Part shown: positions 39,693 to 49,507 of the stretch, in pieces
How the letters are laid out: each line of letters starts with the position of its first letter
Position numbering within the stretch: the stretch's first letter is position 1
Assembly: GCA_963740355.1 (NCBI GenBank)
Contig: CAVUDW010000002.1
Location: 64,001 to 128,000 of the forward strand
Source: an uncultured Gemmatimonadaceae bacterium
GTDB lineage: Bacteria > Gemmatimonadota > Gemmatimonadetes > Gemmatimonadales > Gemmatimonadaceae
Direction: 5' to 3'
DNA: 64,000 nt
Translations under genes and position numbers: made by a program
The notes under the pieces: generated by a model
Database searches by the model: none
The model's input: the letters and a program-made list of their open reading frames with translations, nothing else
What the model was told of the DNA's origin: nothing

Positions 39693-40244
39693 TCAGTTCC
39701 TGGCGTCCGAGCGACCCAATGCCGTCCGGATCGCGTCACGCATCGCGACGATGGTGTCGTCGCGTGCGCCAGCCGCATCGGTGCGTATGTGCAACTCGAT
39801 TCCATCGGCCACCTGCACCCGACGCCACTCGGCGACGGGTTGTGCATCATCGGTGCGCACGGTGAGGTCGGCGCTGTGCGTGAGCGCCGGTGCGAGGGCG
39901 GTGGCGACGCGACGTTCGAGTTGCTCGCCACTTACACCGGCGAGCTCCTTCTTGATCACTTCGAGCGTCTGCCCTTCGCGCTGCCGGATCTTGATCGCGA
40001 GCAGCTGCAGCAGGTGTCGATAGCCGTAGGTGGCCGTGGTGCCGGCGCCTTCGGGGCGATCGAGCAAGCGTTGCGCGACGTAGAAGCGGATCGCACGCGC
40101 GCTGGGTGCGGCACGCGCCGACGTGTTGGTGGGCCGGAACCCGGCGGAATCGACGAGGGCCGTGGCATGCGCGGCGAGACCGCGCGCATTCCAAGGGGCG
40201 TGCCGGCTATGGGCACGAAGCAGTGCGACCGGAGAGTCGGTCAT
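39693..40244 (-). CDS. MerR-family HTH protein
   Basis: SARAIRFYVAQRLLDRP...YGYRHLLQLLAIK...GQTLEVIK. Confidence 0.82.
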   Translation of the reverse strand: MTDSPVALLRAHSRHAPWNARGLAAHATALVDSAGFRPTNTSARAAPSARAIRFYVAQRLLDRPEGAGTTATYGYRHLLQLLAIKIRQREGQTLEVIKKELAGVSGEQLERRVATALAPALTHSADLTVRTDDAQPVAEWRRVQVADGIELHIRTDAAGARDDTIVAMRDAIRTALGRSDARN

Positions 40245-40459
40245 GCGTGGGGAATCGGGCGGAGTGTGCGCACTCACACATGTCGATGACACGGCGCGCG
40301 CCGTAAGAACACGCGAACGCGCCGTCAGTGTCAAGCCTCTGCTGTGATGCTGGCGGCTGTGAACTCTGGTCAAACACGAAAGACGAGCATGGCGGAGCGG
40401 CCCCTTTGCAGCATCCTCCCCACCGCTCACACCATGCCGTCTTCGTGTTCGTGCGTCGT

Positions 40460-40867
40460 CTACGCTGCCGGTGCGCTATCGGATGGCGACATCGCGGACG
40501 ACACACCATGTTCGCGTGCGAGCTTCGCAATCACCGACAGGTCGACTGGCTTCTCGAGGAAGTAGGTCGCGTTCAATCGTTCGGTCGCGTGCCGATTGTC
40601 GTCGTCAGGATAGGCAGTCAACACGATCGCCGGTGTGTTCTGGTGCACGAGTCCCGCCGCTGCGAGCACCTGCAACCCGCCATCCCGGTTGCCACCGAGT
40701 CGCAGGTCGGTGACGATGAGGTCGAGGGGGAGCTGCGCGAACAGCGCGGCCTTGGCTTCGCCCAGGGTAGCGGCGGCCATCACTGCGACCTCGTCAGAGG
40801 CAAAGAGGTCGACGAGCGATTCCCGGATGGAGATCTCGTCTTCAACGATCAGGACACGTTTCTGCAC
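40460..40867 (-). CDS. Single-domain response regulator
   Basis: VLIVEDE, DLIVTDLRL, VLTAY, FLEKP. Confidence 0.92.
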   Translation of the reverse strand: MQKRVLIVEDEISIRESLVDLFASDEVAVMAAATLGEAKAALFAQLPLDLIVTDLRLGGNRDGGLQVLAAAGLVHQNTPAIVLTAYPDDDNRHATERLNATYFLEKPVDLSVIAKLAREHGVSSAMSPSDSAPAA

Positions 40868-40880
40868 GACTTCCTTCAAG

Positions 40881-41017
40881 GCGAGAACCGTGCCGACCAC
40901 GACGAAATGTGTATCTCGTGGCTTGACAACGGTTTACGACGGTACGATGGCCATCGGCCTGAACGCTGATTGTCCGCTTTTCGGACATTCGAGCAGACGG
41001 TGTGCGAAAGTCGGTCA
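40881..41017 (-). promoter_or_regulatory. Putative sigma54 promoter with two upstream enhancer palindromes
   Basis: CGGCACGGTTCTCGC (minus strand, 40881-40895); TGTCCG-N5-CGGACA at 40971-40987 and TGTGCG-N5-CGGTCA at 41001-41017. Confidence 0.62.
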
Positions 41018-41056
41018 TTCGACGTGTTGGTCCGGCCGTCCGAATAGGGCGGTTGA

Positions 41057-42352
41057 TCAGCGTCGGTGGCGCAGCTTCTCGTGCAGGGTGGACCGGGCGA
41101 TGCCAAGCAATTGGGCGGCGCGGACGCGGTTCCCTCCGGTTTCGGCCAGGGCCGCGTCAATCGCGCGCTGTTCGGCGGCGGCGAGGGAAAAGTCGGCATC
41201 CGGCGCACGGACCCCTGTGCCGAGGCCTGGGAGATTCAGCGCCGCACCAGAAATCGGGCGACCTTCGGCGAGGATGGCGGCGCGCCAGAGGGTGTTCTTC
41301 AACTCCCGGATGTTGCCTGGCCAGCCGTAGGCGGCCAAGGCGCGTTGCGCGTCGGCGGTGAGCGTGGCGCCACGCGGCAGGAAGTGGGCGATGAGCTCTG
41401 GGAGTGCGTCGAGCCGGTCGCGCAGCGGCGGCATGGTGATCGTGAGGACCTGGAGCCGGTAGAACAGGTCCGCGCGAAAGCGCTTCTCCGCCACCAGCGT
41501 CGGCATCGGCTGATTGGTGGCGCAGATGATTCGCGCGGCGCTACGCAATTCGGCCGTCCCACCCAGCCGTCGGAAACGTTGCTCCTCGATCACCTTGAGC
41601 AACTTCGGCTGCACGTCGAGTGAGAGCTCGCCGATTTCGTCGAGGAACATGCTGCCGTTCGCCGCCACTTCCACCAGACCGCGCTTGGATTGCCGCGCGT
41701 CGGTGAACGCGCCGCGTTCGTGACCGAACACTTCGCTCTCGAAAAAGGTCGACGAGAGCGAGGCGCAGTTGATCTCGACGAACGGGCGTGCGGCGCGTTG
41801 CGAGCGATCGTGAATTTTCCTCGCGATGAACCCCTTGCCCGTGCCCGTCTCGCCGAGGATGAGCACCGGGGCGTCATCGTTGCGGGCCGCGAGCTCGATC
41901 AGCTTGTCGAACGATGGCTGCAGCGGAGCGGCTGGCACGCCGGCGCCGTCACGTGCCCGCAGCATGCTGACTTCGCGGCGCAGCGTCGCCAACTCGATTC
42001 CCCGCACCACCGCATCGCGGAGGGTCTCGAGGTTGACCGGCTTCTCGAGCAGATCGAGTGCCCCGCCCTGCATGGCGCTGACTGCCGTGCGCACATCGGC
42101 GTGGCCGGTGAGCACGATGATGGCACCATCCGGATTCTGCGCACGCAGCGATTCGAGCAGGCTGAGACCCTCGACACCGGGCAACCGCAGGTCCATCACC
42201 ACCACGTCGGGCAGGTATTGCGTCACGATCGCATCGGCTTCCGCCGCCGTCGCGGCGGAGAGGACATCCATCCCGGTGAGCGTGAAGTATTCAGTCAGCG
42301 TCTCGCGCACCGTGTCATCGTCATCGACGATGAGAATCGTGGACGGGATCAC
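41057..42352 (-). CDS. Sigma54-dependent response regulator (REC, AAA+, Fis HTH)
   Basis: GETGTGK, GAFTDA, LDEIGE, WPGNIREL, AAQLLGIARSTL. Confidence 0.95.
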   Translation of the reverse strand: MIPSTILIVDDDDTVRETLTEYFTLTGMDVLSAATAAEADAIVTQYLPDVVVMDLRLPGVEGLSLLESLRAQNPDGAIIVLTGHADVRTAVSAMQGGALDLLEKPVNLETLRDAVVRGIELATLRREVSMLRARDGAGVPAAPLQPSFDKLIELAARNDDAPVLILGETGTGKGFIARKIHDRSQRAARPFVEINCASLSSTFFESEVFGHERGAFTDARQSKRGLVEVAANGSMFLDEIGELSLDVQPKLLKVIEEQRFRRLGGTAELRSAARIICATNQPMPTLVAEKRFRADLFYRLQVLTITMPPLRDRLDALPELIAHFLPRGATLTADAQRALAAYGWPGNIRELKNTLWRAAILAEGRPISGAALNLPGLGTGVRAPDADFSLAAAEQRAIDAALAETGGNRVRAAQLLGIARSTLHEKLRHRR

Positions 42353-43818
42353 TGCAGTGATCCTGCGGGCATCACGATGGTGACGGCCGTACCCGACTCC
42401 GGCTGGCTTTCGATGCTGATCGTGCCCTGGTGTTCCTCGATGATGCGCTGGCAGAGTGCGAGACCGATGCCGGTGCCGCCGCTCTTCAGCGAATAGAAGA
42501 TCTCGAACACGCGCGGCAGGGCCTCCGGCGGAATCGCGGCGCCGGTGTTGTGCAGGCGACAGCGCCACGCGCCGTGTGGCAGCAGGCTGCTGTGGAGCGT
42601 GATGGTCGAATCGCGTGGTGCGGCGTCGAGGGCATTGACCAGGACGTTGAGGCAGACCTGTGCGAACTGCGCGGGATCGAACGACATCGATACCGGCAGC
42701 GGGTTGCGCAGGCGCACGAAGGTGATGCCCTGTTCATCCATGCGGGCGCGGTTCGACTCGATCACTTCATCCCAGATATCGTCCGGGTCGCCCTTGAGGC
42801 GCTGCAGTGGCTGCGGCCGACCATAGACCAGCAGCGAGGAGAGCATGCTGTTGAGCCGTTCCACTTCACGCAGCATTCGCCCGACGTTGCGTTCGACCGC
42901 CGGATCATCGCGCCCGCGGAGTCGCAGCAGTTGCGCCGCCGACGAGATGCCGAAGAGCGGGTTTCGCAATTCGTGCGCGACCCCCGCGGCAACTTCGCCG
43001 ATCGCCTCGAGTCGGCGCTTCTGCTCGACTCGGCGCACGAGGAAGGCGCGATCGATGGCGGCGGCGGTCTGTGCGGCGATGGCACTGAGCACCCGCTGCG
43101 TTTCGGCGAGCTCGTAGGTCGCCTCGAGGGCACTGAGTCGCACGGTGATGGCGCCGAGCACTCCCTCCTCGCTGATGATCGGCGCCGTGACTTCGCGGCC
43201 GGCCGGTGCGGCGCGGTGCACGATGGCGGTGCCCGAGGCGAGTGCCTCGAGCCACTCCGATCGTAACCTGGCGGCGACGACTTCCGCCGACTCGCTGAAG
43301 CCGGCCGACTGCACCCCGGAGAGGACGAGGGTGTCATCATCGGCGACAGCGATGATGTAGGCGTCGCAGCGCACCGCCCGTTGCAGCTGGTTTCCGACTT
43401 CCCGATAGACGCGATCGAGGTCGATGGAGCTGGCGAGGGCGAGGCCGGTGGAAATGAGGGCTTCGCGGGCGCGATGCGATTCGGTGACGTCGGAGATGGT
43501 GGCGACGTAGCCGATGTGCACGGCGTCGGCCAGGCAGCGCGTGACCTGTACCAGCATCACCCGGGCATCGTCATCCTGCGTGTCGGCGAACTCCCAGCGG
43601 ACGAGTGGCGCGTCGGAGGTGCGGAGCGCGGCGAAGGCCCGGGCGCACTGTTCGGCGTCGGATGGTTCACCGAGCACCTCGTGCAGGGGCCGACCGATCG
43701 CTGACGACGCGCCATGGAGCGCGGCGGGCTGGTTCTGCTGCACCACCAGGCCCGCGAGGTCCGTGGCGAAGATCATCAGCGGTACTGCGTCGAGGATCTG
43801 TTGATCGCGAACGGACAT
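42349..43818 (-). CDS. PAS/GAF sensor histidine kinase
   Basis: AHELRNPL, NVLVNA, GTGIGL. Confidence 0.92.
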   Translation of the reverse strand: MSVRDQQILDAVPLMIFATDLAGLVVQQNQPAALHGASSAIGRPLHEVLGEPSDAEQCARAFAALRTSDAPLVRWEFADTQDDDARVMLVQVTRCLADAVHIGYVATISDVTESHRAREALISTGLALASSIDLDRVYREVGNQLQRAVRCDAYIIAVADDDTLVLSGVQSAGFSESAEVVAARLRSEWLEALASGTAIVHRAAPAGREVTAPIISEEGVLGAITVRLSALEATYELAETQRVLSAIAAQTAAAIDRAFLVRRVEQKRRLEAIGEVAAGVAHELRNPLFGISSAAQLLRLRGRDDPAVERNVGRMLREVERLNSMLSSLLVYGRPQPLQRLKGDPDDIWDEVIESNRARMDEQGITFVRLRNPLPVSMSFDPAQFAQVCLNVLVNALDAAPRDSTITLHSSLLPHGAWRCRLHNTGAAIPPEALPRVFEIFYSLKSGGTGIGLALCQRIIEEHQGTISIESQPESGTAVTIVMPAGSLQ

Positions 43819-43951
43819 GGCCGAAAGATAGACCGGCGGAACGGAGCAAGCTCCATTCCGCCGGTTGGTCATCTCGAAGACTGCGATGTGCGACGAGCAT
43901 TGGTCGGCGCTGGCGGTCAGGATTCGACCAGCGCCGAGGTTTTCGTGACGC

Positions 43952-44959
43952 TCAGCGACCCTTCTTCTTCGCCGGCTTCTTTGCGGGAGCCTTCTTCACC
44001 GGGGCCTTCTTTGCCGGTGCCGTTTTTTTCGCGGGCGCCGCCTTCTTCGCCGGTGCCGCCTTCTTGGCGGGGGCCGACTTCTTGGCGGCAGCCTTCTTCA
44101 CTGGTGCGACCTTCTTCGCTGGTGCTGCCTTCTTGACCGGTGCCTTGGCCTTTGCGCCCGACTTTGCTGCCGGAGCGGACTTGTGTGCCGCAGGCGCCTT
44201 GTTGGCTGGCGCCGCTGCCTTCTTGACCGGTGCGGCCTTCGCTGGTGCTGCAGCCTTCTTCGCCGGGGCGGCCGGAGCCGCCTTCTTTGCCGCCGGCTTC
44301 ACCGGCTCGGGTTTGGCTGCGGGAGGTGCCTTCGGTGACGCCTTGGCTGCGGCCTTAGCGGCGGGTGCCGGCTTCACTGCCGGCGCTGCCGGTGCCTTTG
44401 CCGCTGGAGCCTTCGCGGCAGGCGCCTTCTCGACCGGCGGTGCCTTGGGCGCAGCTGCGGCCTTGGCTGCTGGAGGAGCGGGTGGTGCGGCTGGTGGTGC
44501 CTTGGGCGCCTTTGGTGCGGGCGGAGCCTTCGGCAGCTTGGGCGGCTTGAGGGCGGACGACGCGCGGACCGGCGCGATCGGCTCGACAGCCGGCAGCGTC
44601 TTGACCTTCGGCGTGAGCGGCTCGTCGCCGAGATCGTCGTCCAGACCGACTTCGTCATCGAGCCCCAGATCGTCTTCTTCGGCCGGCTCGAGGTCGTCGG
44701 TGCCGAGCTCGGCATCGACTTCTTCCTCGATCACCTCACCCGTGTCCTCCTCCTCGTCCTCGTCCTTGGCTGCGTCATCAGGGTCGTCGAAGAGCGACTC
44801 CCGCTTCCGCTTGACGGTCGGGGTGAAGCCTTCTTCGTCCTCGTCCTCCTCCTCCTCCTCTTCCTCGTACATCGGATCGGAGTCGTAGTAGTCGTCTTCA
44901 TCATCATCACGGCCACGGAGCCGGAATTCAACATCATCGTATTCGCCGAAACGCGGCAT
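43952..44959 (-). CDS. Low-complexity protein with acidic N-half and histone H1-like PAKK-rich C-half
   Basis: GGAGG RBS before ATG 44959; EEEEEEEDEDEE tract; many KKAAPA/KAPA repeats. Confidence 0.8.
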   Translation of the reverse strand: MPRFGEYDDVEFRLRGRDDDEDDYYDSDPMYEEEEEEEDEDEEGFTPTVKRKRESLFDDPDDAAKDEDEEEDTGEVIEEEVDAELGTDDLEPAEEDDLGLDDEVGLDDDLGDEPLTPKVKTLPAVEPIAPVRASSALKPPKLPKAPPAPKAPKAPPAAPPAPPAAKAAAAPKAPPVEKAPAAKAPAAKAPAAPAVKPAPAAKAAAKASPKAPPAAKPEPVKPAAKKAAPAAPAKKAAAPAKAAPVKKAAAPANKAPAAHKSAPAAKSGAKAKAPVKKAAPAKKVAPVKKAAAKKSAPAKKAAPAKKAAPAKKTAPAKKAPVKKAPAKKPAKKKGR

Positions 44960-45056
44960 GCCTGCCTCCAACGCAGTTTTCCAACGCAGAAATGGTCCAG
45001 CAGGATTTGAGTACCACGGCACAAGTGCGTGCAACGGTGACGTAGCCGGAATAACA

Positions 45057-45089
45057 GCGCCGCCACTGAACGTCAAGCAGTGGCGGCGC
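45057..45089. terminator. Hairpin downstream of the RND operon (terminator or operator)
   Basis: gcgccgccactg/cagtggcggcgc perfect 12-bp stem. Confidence 0.5.
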
Positions 45090-45122
45090 AAATTGGTGCA
45101 GAGTGCAGCGAAATCCGGCCGG

Positions 45123-48100
45123 TCAGTCGCCTGCCACCGGGGTCGGAAGGATCGCCGGGGCGTGCCCCGGCTTTGCTGATCCGAAGCGCTCCCGCACCAT
45201 GCGGACGGCGTCATCCAGCAGCGAATACACCACAGGCACGACGAAGAGCGTGAGGAGCGTGCTGGTGACGAGGCCACCGATAACGGCCCGGCCCATCGGC
45301 GCCCGCTGCTCCGCGCCGGCGCCCAGCGCAAAGGCCAGCGGCACCATGCCGGCGATCATCGCGACGGTGGTCATGATGATCGGACGGAGGCGGATTCGGG
45401 CCGACGCGAGGAGCGCCGTCCGCATGTCGTCACCCTGCTCGCGGCGGTGATTGGCGAAATCCACCAGCAGAATGCCGTTCTTCGTGACCAGGCCGAGGAG
45501 CATGATGATGCCGATCATGGTCATCACGTTCAGGCTCCCCTTGGTGACGAGGAGCGCCACCGCCACACCGATGAAGCTGAGCGGCAGCGAGAGCATGATC
45601 GCCAGCGGCTGGAAGAAGGAGCCGAAGAGCGACGCGAGGATCAGGTAGATGAAGACGACGGCCAGGATCAGCGCCTCGCCCACATAACCCTTGGTCTCGT
45701 TGAGGTTCTGGACGTCGCCGCCAAACACCGTGCGATAGCCGGCCGGGAGGCCCATCGAGTCGATCGCGCTCTGCACCTTGGCCGCCACATCGCCCACGCC
45801 GTAGCCCGGAAGGGTGCCGGCGCTGATCGAGACCTGCCGTTCCAGTGCCGAGCGTTCGATGGCCTGCGGTCCGATACCAGCGCGGATTGTCGCCACCTGC
45901 CCGAGGGGAATGGTGGTCGCGAGTCCGGTGCGCCCATCCACCCCGGAGCCGGGGATCGGCAACTCGGCCACGTCGTCCGAGGAGCGACGGAGCGAGTCGG
46001 GGTAGATCACGACCACGTCGTGCGAGTAGCCCTGCGGGTCTTCCCAGCGAGTCGCTCGCTGGCCAGTGAAGAGCGGCTGGAGCGTGGTGGCGATGGTGCC
46101 GATGCCAAGTCCAGCCGCCCAGGCCTGTTCGCGATCCACCTGCACGTCGAGCTGCGGAATCTCGCCGTCGTCGCTGGAGGTGGGTTCGGCGAGGCCCTTC
46201 ACCGTTGCCATGGTCTTCAGCACCTCTGCGGCGGCGAGCTTGAGACGTGTCGGCTCGGGTCCCTGCACCTTGACGTCGATCGGCTGGCGGTAGCCGCCGA
46301 AGATCGTCGGGGTGCCAGTGATGTTCGCCCGGACGCCAGGGATCTTCATCAGCATCGGGCGCAGGGCGGTCTGCAGTTCGGCCTGCGACAGCTTGCGCTG
46401 ATCCTTCGGCTTGAGCTTCACCGAGACCGAGCCACCGCTTGGCGAGCCGCGGAAGCCGCCACCGATGTTGAGGTAGGTAGACATCACTTCGGGCCGCTTT
46501 TCGAGCAGGAGGGCGATCTCCTGGCCCTTGCCGATGGTGTAGTCGATGGCTGAGCCCGGCGCGACGCGGTAGTTGACGTTGAACTCACTGCCGTCCACGT
46601 CGGGCATCCAGGTGAAGCCGAGCTTCGGGATCAACAGCACCGAGCCCACCACGGTCGTGAGCGCGAGTCCAAGCACGGCGAGGCGGTGATTGAGCGTCCA
46701 GGCGAGGCCCTTCGGATACCGATCAGCGACGCGCTCGAACCAGTCGTTGAAGGCAAAGGCGACGCGACGAATCGGATTGCGCGAGGCGCGCAACGTGGCC
46801 TGGTTGGCGTGATCGACTTCGGGGTCGGGCCAGATGCTGGAAAGCATCGGGTCGAGGGTGAAGCTGACGAGCAGCGACACCAGCACGGCGAAGGCCACCG
46901 TGACACCGAACTGGAAGAAGATCTTGCCGATCATGCCGCCCATGAAGGCGACCGGGAAGAAGACGGCCACCACGGCCATCGTCGTCGCGAACACGGCGAG
47001 GCCGATTTCGCTGGTGCCCTCGGAGGCTGCGTGTTCGTGGTCTTTCCCCATCTCGAGATGGCGCACGATGTTCTCGCGCACCACGATGGCGTCGTCGATG
47101 AGGAGGCCGATGGCGAGCGACAGCGCCAGCAGCGTCATGGTGTTGAGCGTGAAGTTGAACGCCCACATGACGAAGAACGACGAGATCAGCGAGATCGGCA
47201 GGGCGAGGCCCGTGATGATCGTCGAGCGCCAGGAGTTGAGGAAGAAGTAGATGATGACGATGCAGAGAATCGCACCGAGGATCAGCTCGTGCTGCACGCT
47301 GTCGAGTGAGTCGCGGATGCGCTGCGAGTCGTCACGGATGACACTCAGCTTGACGTCGGCCGGCAGGGTCTTTTCCAGCTCGGTCATCGTTTCGCGCACG
47401 CGATCGGCGACTTCGACGGTGTTGCTGCCGGCGATCTTCTGCACTTCGATGGCGACGGCCGGCGTCCGGCCGAGGAAGGCTGCGCTCCGCTGCTCAGCGC
47501 TGCCGTCGACCACCTTGGCCACGTCACTGATGCGCACCGGGGCACCGTTGCGCACGGCGAGTGTGATGTCGGCGAAACGCGCCGGGTCGACCACACGGCC
47601 GGTGACACGAATCAGCTGCTCGCGGCCGTTGCGGCGCACGCGACCGGCGGGGACTTCGCGATTCTCGCGCTCGAGTGCGGCAATGACCACGGGCGGCGCG
47701 ATGTTGTACGCGCGCATGGCGTCGGCATCGAGCTGGATCTGGATCTGCCGTGTGGCGGCACCGGTGATGCTGGCACCACCCACGCCAGGGATCGATTCAA
47801 AGCGGGTCTTGATGACTTCCGTAGCGATGTCACTCAGCTCGCGGAGCGGCCGTTCAGCGCTGGTCAACGCGACGCTGATGATCGGCCGATCGTTGGGGTC
47901 GAAGCGGAGCACGATCGGATCTTCGATGGTCGGCGGCAGCTGGCGGCGGATACGCGCGACCTTGGCGCTCACTTCCTGCTGCGCCGCGATCACATCGACA
48001 TCGAGGTTGAACTGCAGTCGCACCAGCGAGCTGCCTTCGAGGGAGGTGGAGGTGACCTCCTTGATGCCCTGCACCGTGTTGAGCGCTTCCTCGATCGGCT

Positions 48101-48293
48101 TCGACACTTCGCGCATGACCACTTCCGGCGACGCGCCCGGATAGGCGGTTTGCGCGACGACGGTCGGGTAGGTGATGTCCGGATACTCGTCGATGGCGAG
48201 TCGTCCGTACCCGATCACACCGAGGACGACCAACGCCACCATGATCATGGTGGCGAAGACCGGTCGCTTGATGGAGACATCTGAAATGATCAT
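45123..48293 (-). CDS. RND efflux permease (AcrB/HAE1 family)
   Basis: IKRPV, GLLIDDAIVVREN, KNGILLVDF, RLRPIIMT. Confidence 0.95.
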   Translation of the reverse strand: MIISDVSIKRPVFATMIMVALVVLGVIGYGRLAIDEYPDITYPTVVAQTAYPGASPEVVMREVSKPIEEALNTVQGIKEVTSTSLEGSSLVRLQFNLDVDVIAAQQEVSAKVARIRRQLPPTIEDPIVLRFDPNDRPIISVALTSAERPLRELSDIATEVIKTRFESIPGVGGASITGAATRQIQIQLDADAMRAYNIAPPVVIAALERENREVPAGRVRRNGREQLIRVTGRVVDPARFADITLAVRNGAPVRISDVAKVVDGSAEQRSAAFLGRTPAVAIEVQKIAGSNTVEVADRVRETMTELEKTLPADVKLSVIRDDSQRIRDSLDSVQHELILGAILCIVIIYFFLNSWRSTIITGLALPISLISSFFVMWAFNFTLNTMTLLALSLAIGLLIDDAIVVRENIVRHLEMGKDHEHAASEGTSEIGLAVFATTMAVVAVFFPVAFMGGMIGKIFFQFGVTVAFAVLVSLLVSFTLDPMLSSIWPDPEVDHANQATLRASRNPIRRVAFAFNDWFERVADRYPKGLAWTLNHRLAVLGLALTTVVGSVLLIPKLGFTWMPDVDGSEFNVNYRVAPGSAIDYTIGKGQEIALLLEKRPEVMSTYLNIGGGFRGSPSGGSVSVKLKPKDQRKLSQAELQTALRPMLMKIPGVRANITGTPTIFGGYRQPIDVKVQGPEPTRLKLAAAEVLKTMATVKGLAEPTSSDDGEIPQLDVQVDREQAWAAGLGIGTIATTLQPLFTGQRATRWEDPQGYSHDVVVIYPDSLRRSSDDVAELPIPGSGVDGRTGLATTIPLGQVATIRAGIGPQAIERSALERQVSISAGTLPGYGVGDVAAKVQSAIDSMGLPAGYRTVFGGDVQNLNETKGYVGEALILAVVFIYLILASLFGSFFQPLAIMLSLPLSFIGVAVALLVTKGSLNVMTMIGIIMLLGLVTKNGILLVDFANHRREQGDDMRTALLASARIRLRPIIMTTVAMIAGMVPLAFALGAGAEQRAPMGRAVIGGLVTSTLLTLFVVPVVYSLLDDAVRMVRERFGSAKPGHAPAILPTPVAGD

Positions 48294-49507
48294 GACTTCC
48301 CGCCTGCGATGGTGACCTTGGCGCCGTTCCCAAGCGCGCCGACGTTGCCGATGATGACCCGATCGCCGGGCGCCAACCCTTCCTTCACTTCGGCAACACC
48401 GGCGGCGTCGTCAACCACGCCGAGGATGATGTTGCGCTTTTCGAGGGTGCCGCCGGTGATCCGCCAGACGAACGGCGGAGCATCGGTGCCTTGTGCCTGA
48501 CGGATGCCGCTGGTGGGCAGGAGCAGGGCGCTGGTGCGCCGTTCGCCGATCACGCGACCGCTGACGAAGGTGTTGCCCTTGATGGCGCCCTTCGCGTTCG
48601 GCACACGCACGTACACGGTGACGCTGCGAGACACCGGGTCGACCGTCGGACTGACGCGGGCGACCTTCGACTCGATGGTGCGGTCGTCGAGGCTGAGGCG
48701 CACGGACTGCCCCGGCATGACGAGGTTGGCCATGCGAGCCGGGACGTTGGCCGCCAGCTCGAGGGTTTCGTTGCGGACGAGCGTAAAGAGCGGGGTGCTG
48801 ATCGAGACGCGTTCGCCGGGCTGCACGCTGCGGATGTCGATGATGCCGCTGGAGGGGGCCAACACGCGCGTGTCGCCCGCGACGGCGCTGGCGGTGCGGA
48901 GGCGCGCTTCGGATGCGGCCACGGCTGCCTGCGCGGCGACCACGGCCTGCTGCGACGCACGGTTCTCCTGCTCCGCGATTGCGCCGGCCTTGAAGAGCGC
49001 AGCCGACTGCTCGGCGGCCCAGGTGGCGGTCTGCAACTGCGACCGGGCCGCTTCACGATCGGCCTCTGCACCGCGACGTGAGCTTTCCTGCTGGCTCGAT
49101 TCGAAGCGTGCGAGCACCTGGCCGGCGCCGACCCGCTCGCCTTCCTGTACGTAGACCGCGTCGATGTCGCCGTTCAGCCGACTGCGGATCTCGATCGTCT
49201 CGATCGGGCGCAGGTTGCCGGAGACCGCGACGGAATTTTCGATCACGCCATTCTTGAGGGTGGCGACGTCGGTGGCGGCGAGCACGACACCACCGCGACC
49301 GCCGGCGGCTCCTGCACCGCCGGGTCCACCGGGACGTGCGCCACCCGCGGCACCAGCGCCAGCGGTCGGTGCACCGCCGCCGGCGGGCTTGGCTTCGGCG
49401 GCGTCACCGGTCTTCGAGCACGCGGTCGCAAGCAGCAGCGCAGCGCAGGTCAGGGTCCGCGCGTGCGGTAGTAGTTCAGCGATCCGTCGTGACACGATCT
49501 GCTCCAC
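48290..49507 (-). CDS. RND membrane fusion (periplasmic adaptor) lipoprotein
   Basis: Lipobox LATAC; lipoyl halves; PTVDPVSRSV. Confidence 0.9.
   Translation of the reverse strand: MEQIVSRRIAELLPHARTLTCAALLLATACSKTGDAAEAKPAGGGAPTAGAGAAGGARPGGPGGAGAAGGRGGVVLAATDVATLKNGVIENSVAVSGNLRPIETIEIRSRLNGDIDAVYVQEGERVGAGQVLARFESSQQESSRRGAEADREAARSQLQTATWAAEQSAALFKAGAIAEQENRASQQAVVAAQAAVAASEARLRTASAVAGDTRVLAPSSGIIDIRSVQPGERVSISTPLFTLVRNETLELAANVPARMANLVMPGQSVRLSLDDRTIESKVARVSPTVDPVSRSVTVYVRVPNAKGAIKGNTFVSGRVIGERRTSALLLPTSGIRQAQGTDAPPFVWRITGGTLEKRNIILGVVDDAAGVAEVKEGLAPGDRVIIGNVGALGNGAKVTIAGGKS

Noticed and set aside
43605..44888. 427-aa Phe/Ala/Gly-rich plus-strand ORF
   Set aside because: Antisense shadow of the KKAAPA-repeat gene
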